Positions 57,674-64,000 of a DNA stretch of 64,000 bases are shown in pieces. Each line of letters starts with the position of its first letter. Within the stretch, counting starts at the first letter, position 1. The notes under the pieces were generated by a model. It searched no databases. It saw nothing but the letters and a program-made list of their open reading frames with translations, and was not told the DNA's origin. Both the position numbers and the translations under genes were made by a program. Source of the stretch: an uncultured Roseburia sp. Lineage in GTDB: Bacteria; Bacillota; Clostridia; Lachnospirales; Lachnospiraceae. The stretch covers positions 63,742 through 127,741 of the forward strand of contig CANTEO010000001.1 of assembly GCA_947652855.1 (NCBI GenBank), written 5' to 3'.

Positions 57674-59323
57674 ATGTGGCATAAGAGCCTGTATGATACT
57701 GCGGCGCAGGCCAGGGCAAGGGGGCTTTGCCTGTATGGAGCGGGGGCGGTTGGCGACGCGGCATATCAGATTTTTGAAAAATTGGGGGCCGCGCCCCTTT
57801 GCTATTGCGACGACGATCCCAAAAAGGCGGCTGAGGGAAACAAAAGGAACGGCGTTCCAATCTATTCTTTGGAAGAGGCGAAGGAGAGATATCCTGAAGC
57901 GGTGTATCTTGTCTGCGTGGACTCTGCCAGGGTGATTGGAAAGAACAACAGGGCAAACTTGGACAGGATGACCGAAAGGCTCAAGCAGCATAATCTGTAT
58001 GACGCCAATTCAGAGCTTCGCGTCGTGATGTACTTGTTTCTTTTGGACATCGACGATTTTTTCAGAAGCCCCTGCCTGGATCAGGAAGAAGACGGCCTGT
58101 TTGCCGTGAGGGACTTGAATCATCTGCTGGCCTTAAATCATATGGCAAATTCCGGCAGCTACTATTTTGAGCAGCTGTTGGACTCGCATCCGAATATCCT
58201 CTGCGTCCCATACAGCGGGAGCGTTTGGGAGAAGGTTTATGAAAACAGGCTGAAGCTGTTAGAGGGGGAGGAATTGCTGGTCGAGATGGCGGCTCAGATG
58301 CTTGGATATTTTCATTCCAGGCATGAGGCGAGCGATTGCGTCAGGACAAGCAAATTTGGAAATTACTGCCTTGGCCCGGACGGCGAATTTTTATATGAAT
58401 GCCTGATTGACCCGGTCTTATTCATGAGGCATCTGCGGGCGGCGTTTGAAGGGGAAATCAAGCTTACGTCCTGTGGGCATATGCTGAAGGCGTACTTTGC
58501 GGCGTACAATAACTGCCTGGGCAGACGGAAGGCGGCGGGGGAAGCCTATTGGATGCTGTACCATATGCATATCTCCAATTACAATGTGGAGAGGATGTAT
58601 GAGAGCATCTCTCCAGGCGAATTTTTGCGCTATGAGAATGTCCTGCTGATCCGGGAGCCAGTGCAGCAGTGCTTCACCTGGATGAAGCGTTCCATTCTTG
58701 AGGAAAAAGAGGCGTCCGTCCTAATCAAAGGCGAGCGGGATATATTTACGCAGACGCTGCTGTGTGAGATGGGGAGCATGACCGAAAAGAAAGAGGGGTT
58801 TGACAATGTGAAGGCGGTGCGCTTTGAGGATTTAAAATTCCATACGAAGGGCAGCATGAAAGCCTTGTGCAAATGGCTTGGCATCCCCTATGACGATATC
58901 CTGCTTGAGACGACGTTAAACGGGACTTGCGTGTATTTTCCGGCGAATACGCCCGAAGGGGTGAAATACATCACAGGGCAGGATCCGGCGGCTGTGAGGA
59001 AAAAGGACTTCCGGGAGGTCATGACGCTTTGGGATGAGGCGAGGCTTAGCGTCGTCTTTTCCAAATTTAGGGCAGCGTATGGGTATGAAACGGGAGGCGC
59101 GCCTGAGTTTACAGAGCTTGGCAGCGGGTTTTTAAAGGAGCTGCTTCGGCAGGACTTTAAGCTTGCGGACTTGGCTCAGGAGCTGATAGACAAAAATTTC
59201 AAGGAAGAGGATCGGTATGACGTCAATGCGTACGTCAAGGAGCTGTTTTTGGGGTATATGGAGAAGTACCAGGAAAAAGGGCATTATGAATGCATAAGGC
59301 CGGAGATGGGCGGAGAAGGATGA
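57674..59323 (+). CDS. Hypothetical protein: N-terminal Rossmann-like domain + sulfotransferase-fold domain
   Basis: LYGAGAVG...CDDD...GVPIYS; NSGSYYFEQLLDSHPNI, IREP, VRFEDL...LCKWLGIPY. Confidence 0.65.
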   Translation: MWHKSLYDTAAQARARGLCLYGAGAVGDAAYQIFEKLGAAPLCYCDDDPKKAAEGNKRNGVPIYSLEEAKERYPEAVYLVCVDSARVIGKNNRANLDRMTERLKQHNLYDANSELRVVMYLFLLDIDDFFRSPCLDQEEDGLFAVRDLNHLLALNHMANSGSYYFEQLLDSHPNILCVPYSGSVWEKVYENRLKLLEGEELLVEMAAQMLGYFHSRHEASDCVRTSKFGNYCLGPDGEFLYECLIDPVLFMRHLRAAFEGEIKLTSCGHMLKAYFAAYNNCLGRRKAAGEAYWMLYHMHISNYNVERMYESISPGEFLRYENVLLIREPVQQCFTWMKRSILEEKEASVLIKGERDIFTQTLLCEMGSMTEKKEGFDNVKAVRFEDLKFHTKGSMKALCKWLGIPYDDILLETTLNGTCVYFPANTPEGVKYITGQDPAAVRKKDFREVMTLWDEARLSVVFSKFRAAYGYETGGAPEFTELGSGFLKELLRQDFKLADLAQELIDKNFKEEDRYDVNAYVKELFLGYMEKYQEKGHYECIRPEMGGEG

Positions 59324-61650
59324 ATCACTTAGGGACGAAAGCGGAGACATTACATACGTTATATGGCAATTTAACGCACGCGGCCGTGCTGCCCCAGTAT
59401 AGCTTTACTGTCTGTGAGTGGCGGGAGCATAGGGATAAGGTTCTATGCGGCTATGAGGAGCTGGCCTGGAAGGAAGCTGTGATCGTCAGGAGCAGCGCGT
59501 TAAATGAGGACACAAAAGAGTCGTCGTGCGCCGGCAAATTTGAATCCGTTTTAAATGTGCGGGGCAGGGAGCCGTTTATCAAGGCAGTAGGGCAGGTGAT
59601 CGGATCCTATGAGGACGGGAATCCCAAAAACCAGGTTTTGGTTCAGCCGATGTTAGGGCGGGTGCGCATTTGCGGCGTTGCGTTTACGTTAGAGCCAAGC
59701 ACGATGGGGAACTATTATGTCGTCAATTATGACTGCTCGGGGGCGACGGACGCCATCACGGCAGGGCGCGGCGCAGACGGCGGACAAGAATTGTACTATC
59801 ATTTTAAGGGCGCGCCGGAGGAGCTGGCGCCAGAGGAGATACGGGAGGTCATCCTGCTTTTGCGGGAGCTGGAGGAGTTTTTCTCTTTGGATCATTTGGA
59901 TGTGGAATTTGCCGTCACGGACACAGGGGAGCTATACTGCCTGCAGGTTCGCGCGTTATGCGTAAGCGGGCGGCGGATTCATGTTGAGGAGCAGGGGCAG
60001 GCATTGGACAGGATTGCCAAAAAAATTCGGGGAGGGGATTCCCCTAAGCCGTTTTTATGCGGGACAAAGGCGGCCTATAGCGTAATGACGGACTGGAATC
60101 CGGCGGAGATGATTGGCATCCGCCCCAAGACGCTTTCCCTGTCTTTATATGAGGAAATCATAACGGACAGCGTATGGGCATATCAGCGGGACAACTATGG
60201 ATACCGGAATCTGCGGAGCTTCCCGCTGATGGTGGATTTTTGCGGCCTGCCCTATATTGACGTGAGGGTAAGCTTCAATTCATTCATTCCGGCGGAGCTG
60301 GACGAGGGGATCAGCGAGAAGCTGGTGAACTATTATATCGGCTGCCTCATAAAAAATCCAAAAAAGCATGACAAGGCGGAATTTGACATCGTGTTTTCCT
60401 GCTACACGCTTGATTTGCCGGAGCGCATTCAGGCGCTGCGGGGCCATGGGTTTGACGAGGAGGAGATTCAGAAGATACGCACGGCGCTGCGCAACGTCAC
60501 AAATCACATCATCGACCACAAGGAGGGCCTGTGGCGAAAAGATTACGATAAGCTGGCGATATTAGAGAAGCGGTATGACGAGATCCTCTCCAGCGACATG
60601 AGCGACATAGAGAAGGTCTACTGGCTGCTTGAGGACTGCAAGCGCTATGGCACCCTTCCGTTCGCCGGCCTGGCGCGGGCGGCGTTTATCGCCGTTCAGA
60701 TCCTGCAGTCCATGGTGACGTGCGGGATCCTCTCCGACGGGGAATACGAGGCGTTCATGAAGGACGTGAACACCGTAAGCTCCAATATGAACAGGGATTT
60801 TGGGGAGCTTTCCAGGGCCGGGTTCTTAAAGAAGTACGGGCATCTTCGGCCAGGGACGTACGACATTGGCTCAAAGCGGTACGATGAGGCGCCTGAGCTT
60901 TATTTTGACTGGGAGGGCGGGCATTCGGACTTGCCGGAGGAAGGCCGTTTCCGCATCTCTTTGAGCCAGTTAAACGCTTTGAGGGAGAAGCTTAAGGAGA
61001 ACGGCCTGACGAACAATATGCTGGATTTGATGAATTTTATCAAGACGGTGATTGAGGGGCGGGAATACGGCAAATTTGCCTTTACGAGGAATCTAAGCAA
61101 GGCGATGCAGCTGATCGGGGAAATCGGGGCCAGAGAGGGAATTTCAAAAGAGGACTGCGCGTTTTTGAACATACGGGCAGTCCGGGAGCTCTATATCTCT
61201 ACCGGGGATGTAAGGTCATGCCTGCTGCGTTCGGTCCGTCAGGGAAAACGGGACTATGAAATCACAAAAGGGATCACCCTTCCGCCCTTCATTGCGGACG
61301 CGGATCATGTGTATGGGTTCCGGTATCCCGATTCCGACGCGAACTACATTACGTCAAGCCGCGCGGTGGGCATGGCCTGTGCGCTGGACGGGGAGGCCGG
61401 CAGGGATGAGCTGGCCGGCAAGATTCTATTGATCCAAAGCGCGGATCCCGGATATGACTGGATTTTCTCACATGACATAAAAGGCTTCATCACGATGTAT
61501 GGGGGCGCGAATTCCCATATGGCGATCCGTGCGGGCGAGCTTGGGATCCCGGCTGCGGTCGGCGTAGGCGCGAAGGCCTTCGAGCGCTATAAGAAGGCAA
61601 AGGTCTTAGAGATTGACGCGCTAGGAAAGCAGGTGAGGATTTTAAAATAA
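59320..61650 (+). CDS. PEP-utilizer/PPDK-like kinase, L-glutamine kinase (Cj1418-like)
   Basis: GTKAETL, VRSSALNED...AGKFES, MTDWNPAEMIG, YIDVRVSFNSF, GTLPFAGLAR, YGHLRPGTYDI, ADPGYDW, GGANSHMAIRA. Confidence 0.85.
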   Translation: MNHLGTKAETLHTLYGNLTHAAVLPQYSFTVCEWREHRDKVLCGYEELAWKEAVIVRSSALNEDTKESSCAGKFESVLNVRGREPFIKAVGQVIGSYEDGNPKNQVLVQPMLGRVRICGVAFTLEPSTMGNYYVVNYDCSGATDAITAGRGADGGQELYYHFKGAPEELAPEEIREVILLLRELEEFFSLDHLDVEFAVTDTGELYCLQVRALCVSGRRIHVEEQGQALDRIAKKIRGGDSPKPFLCGTKAAYSVMTDWNPAEMIGIRPKTLSLSLYEEIITDSVWAYQRDNYGYRNLRSFPLMVDFCGLPYIDVRVSFNSFIPAELDEGISEKLVNYYIGCLIKNPKKHDKAEFDIVFSCYTLDLPERIQALRGHGFDEEEIQKIRTALRNVTNHIIDHKEGLWRKDYDKLAILEKRYDEILSSDMSDIEKVYWLLEDCKRYGTLPFAGLARAAFIAVQILQSMVTCGILSDGEYEAFMKDVNTVSSNMNRDFGELSRAGFLKKYGHLRPGTYDIGSKRYDEAPELYFDWEGGHSDLPEEGRFRISLSQLNALREKLKENGLTNNMLDLMNFIKTVIEGREYGKFAFTRNLSKAMQLIGEIGAREGISKEDCAFLNIRAVRELYISTGDVRSCLLRSVRQGKRDYEITKGITLPPFIADADHVYGFRYPDSDANYITSSRAVGMACALDGEAGRDELAGKILLIQSADPGYDWIFSHDIKGFITMYGGANSHMAIRAGELGIPAAVGVGAKAFERYKKAKVLEIDALGKQVRILK

Positions 61651-61699
61651 GGCGCGTGGCGCGGTTTTGCAAAAAGAAGGTTAGAAAGGAAACAAAAGC

Positions 61700-63016
61700 A
61701 TGGGACAGAATGAGGGTCACGTTTTATTGCTTCATATCGGAACGCCGAAAACAGGGACGACAGTTCTGCAGAAGTTTTTATCTGACAATGCGGACGTGCT
61801 GGAAGCGTATGGTTGGCAGTATCCGAAGGAAAACGCCCTGGGGGATAAAAATGGAGTTCTATTTTATGACGTCTATGAGGAGAAGCTAAATCAAGAGCCG
61901 GGGCATTGGGACGCCGTATGGTCTGGCCTTAGGGAAAAATTAAAAAAGAATCACGTGATCTTATCCTCGGAAAACATCTATGACTGGGATATGGAGCGGC
62001 TGCTCCGGCTGGCAAAGCGGGAGTACGGCAACCTCAAGGTATTGATTTACTTAAGGAGGCAGGATCTTTATCTGGAGTCTTATTGGAACCAATGGGTCAA
62101 GCTCGGCCATTTTACGGGCAGCCTGGCGGAGTTTGAGGAGGGCTTTGAAGAATTGTCTTCTGCGCATTACCTCAAAAAGCTGGAGCTGATCTGCGATGTG
62201 GTGGGGAAGGAGAATTTGACCGTCCGGGTATTTGAGAAGGGGCAGTGGAAAGGGAAGAGGAACGACCTGTTTTCGGATTTTTTGGATGCGGTCGGCCTTG
62301 ATCCGGACTGGTCCCAATTTCGGATAGAGGATCGGGCGAATGAGCGGCTGTTCGGAAATTTTCTGGAACTGAAGCGGGCGATAAACCGCCTTCCTGGCTT
62401 CGATAAGAATCCGATGTATCAGCAGTATGTTATGCAATTGTGCCAAAATCGCCCGGGGGGGGGTATTTCCGGGAAGAAGGAAGGATATTTCTCCAGGGAA
62501 GGCAGAGAGCGGTATTTGGCGCAGTTTGAAGAAGAGAACCGAGTCATCGCACGAACGTTTTTGCACAGGGAAGACGGGATTTTGTTTTACGATGGCAATA
62601 CGGACATACCGCAAAGCCAGTCAGAGGCGTCCTCCCTGGAAGCCGACATGGCGCGGCTGTTTGCGCTGATGCTGGACAGGGAAGTCAACAGGCTTAAGGA
62701 AAACAGCGTCCATATGGCAAGCAGGGGCAGAAAGATCGCCTTTTTTGGGGCGGGGGCATACTGCAGGCAGATTTTGCGGGCCTATCATTTGAATGTGTCC
62801 GTCATCATTGACAATGACCGCGGGAAGAGGGGGACGGAAATCTTGGGCGTCCCAGTTGTTTTGCCGGAGGAGATTTTGGACTGGAGGGCGTATCTGATTC
62901 TGATTACCTGCGGCAATGCGGGGTCCGTTGAGGAGGAGCTTATGGCAAGGGGATTGCAGAAATGGGAACATTACCTGACTGCGCAGGAGGTTTTTTTCAG
63001 CGAAAGCATTTTATAA
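61700..63016 (+). CDS. Hypothetical protein: sulfotransferase-like P-loop domain + C-terminal Rossmann-like domain
   Basis: LHIGTPKTGTTVLQ, ILSSE, YLRRQD..ESYWNQWVK; FFGAGAY...IIDND...GVPV. Confidence 0.65.
   Translation: MGQNEGHVLLLHIGTPKTGTTVLQKFLSDNADVLEAYGWQYPKENALGDKNGVLFYDVYEEKLNQEPGHWDAVWSGLREKLKKNHVILSSENIYDWDMERLLRLAKREYGNLKVLIYLRRQDLYLESYWNQWVKLGHFTGSLAEFEEGFEELSSAHYLKKLELICDVVGKENLTVRVFEKGQWKGKRNDLFSDFLDAVGLDPDWSQFRIEDRANERLFGNFLELKRAINRLPGFDKNPMYQQYVMQLCQNRPGGGISGKKEGYFSREGRERYLAQFEEENRVIARTFLHREDGILFYDGNTDIPQSQSEASSLEADMARLFALMLDREVNRLKENSVHMASRGRKIAFFGAGAYCRQILRAYHLNVSVIIDNDRGKRGTEILGVPVVLPEEILDWRAYLILITCGNAGSVEEELMARGLQKWEHYLTAQEVFFSESIL
62455..62463 (+). repeat. G9 homopolymer inside ORF 61700-63016
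   Basis: GCCC-GGGGGGGGG-TATT read directly. Confidence 0.9.
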
Positions 63017-63041
63017 ACGAAAGGACGGAGGGATATTTGAC

Positions 63042-63791
63042 ATGAAGACAGAATGGGATTATACAAATTTGGCGGACGCCTATTTAAAAAGGCCGGATTA
63101 TGCGAAGGGCGCGATTGACAAGATGCTTCAGACGGCGGGCGTTAAGCCGAATGACAGGGCGTGCGACGTTGGGGCCGGGGCGGCGCATTTGACAATTATG
63201 CTGGCGGAATATGGGCTGAACGTATGCGCGGTGGAGCCAAATGACGCGATGCGCGCAAATGGGATCAAAAGGACAGTGCAGTTTCCGAAGGTAAGCTGGC
63301 ACGAGGGCGTGGGAGAGCAGACGAAAATGGATGCCGAAGCCTTTCAATTGGTGACGTTTGGCTCCTCCTTCAATGTCTGTGACCGTGCGAAGGCATTGGA
63401 GGAAAGCGCCAGGATTTTGGCTCCGGGCGGGTGGTTTGCGTGTATGTGGAACCATCGGGATCTGGAAGATGCGCTGCAAAGCAAAATCGAGATGATTTTG
63501 AAGGAGAATATCGAAAATTACAGCTATGGCTCCCGTCGGGAGGATCAGACGGACGTGATTTCCAAAAGCGGGCTGTTCCGGGATGTGATATATCTTGAGG
63601 GGAACGTGGAGCATGATGTTAGGAAAGAGGATTTTATTGAAGGATGGAAATCGCACGGCACGGTTTACCGTCAGTCCAAAGAAAAATTTGACTTGATTAA
63701 TCAGCAGATTGGCCAGTTGGTGGAAGGGGAGGGAAAGGAAACCATCCGGGTTCCCTATACCACCAGGATTTGGATGGCGCAGAAGGCATAG
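63042..63791 (+). CDS. Class I SAM-dependent methyltransferase (Cj1419/Cj1420-like by context)
   Basis: YLKRPDY, DVGAGAAHL, AVEPNDAMR, TFGSSF, MWNHRDL. Confidence 0.82.
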   Translation: MKTEWDYTNLADAYLKRPDYAKGAIDKMLQTAGVKPNDRACDVGAGAAHLTIMLAEYGLNVCAVEPNDAMRANGIKRTVQFPKVSWHEGVGEQTKMDAEAFQLVTFGSSFNVCDRAKALEESARILAPGGWFACMWNHRDLEDALQSKIEMILKENIENYSYGSRREDQTDVISKSGLFRDVIYLEGNVEHDVRKEDFIEGWKSHGTVYRQSKEKFDLINQQIGQLVEGEGKETIRVPYTTRIWMAQKA

Positions 63792-63801
63792 GAGCGTTAT
63801 T

Positions 63802-64000
63802 TTGAAAAAAACAGTTATTTTTACGCAAAGGGTGGAAATTGTGGAAAGCTATGGGGAACGGCGGGACTGCGCAGATCAAAGGATCGCGGCGTTTTTGGGG
63901 CAGTGCGGGTATTTGCCGGTCCCGGTTCCCAATGCACTGCATGACATAGGGGAGCTGATTGAGGCCGTAGGGCCTGCAGGCATTGTCCTTACAGGCGGAA
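63802..64000 (+). CDS. Partial class I glutamine amidotransferase / peptidase C26 protein, gamma-glutamyl-CDP-amidate hydrolase (Cj1417-like); runs off the window
   Basis: Not in the ORF track. Hand translation from TTG 63802 (AGGAG RBS): MKKTVIFTQRVEIVESYGERRDCADQRIAAFLGQCGYLPVPVPN...GIVLTGG. Confidence 0.75.
   Translation, partial: MKKTVIFTQRVEIVESYGERRDCADQRIAAFLGQCGYLPVPVPNALHDIGELIEAVGPAGIVLTGG

Noticed and set aside
59320..61650. PEP synthase or pyruvate phosphate dikinase
   Set aside because: No C-terminal PEP/pyruvate-binding barrel; the phospho-His domain is terminal and the motifs and context fit the Cj1418 family.

Overview
A gene-dense window from a Clostridia chromosome, most consistent with Lachnospiraceae (inferred from protein styles; roughly 50% GC by eye). 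No rRNA, tRNA, CRISPR array or transposase was found. The left half carries housekeeping genes (efp, gatCAB, a divergent clpX, a Csp-like subtilase, a solo carB) interrupted by two giant secreted repeat proteins of about 3,330 and 2,860 aa. The middle has a hybrid histidine kinase, an ABC exporter, a degenerate HD-GYP protein, a cell-wall hydrolase and a FIST + soluble chemoreceptor pair. From 43.7 kb to the window end runs one tightly packed surface-glycan operon. It encodes 3-amino-3,6-dideoxyhexose enzymes (FdtA/FdtB-like), a GT2, an ALS/YerE-like ThDP enzyme, a NeuB-cupin fusion, a radical SAM protein, a Nudix hydrolase and Campylobacter-type phosphoramidate (MeOPN) genes. Most notably, it contains a 2-oxoacid-dehydrogenase-like module (fused E1, LplA, E3) whose E2 catalytic domain is replaced by a PglD/NeuD-type sugar acyltransferase, a candidate lipoyl-dependent sugar acylation system. 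Four G9 tracts lie in surface-related loci, including one inside the -35/-10 spacer of the glycan operon promoter, suggesting phase variation. All functional calls come from motif recognition by eye; no database searches were run.
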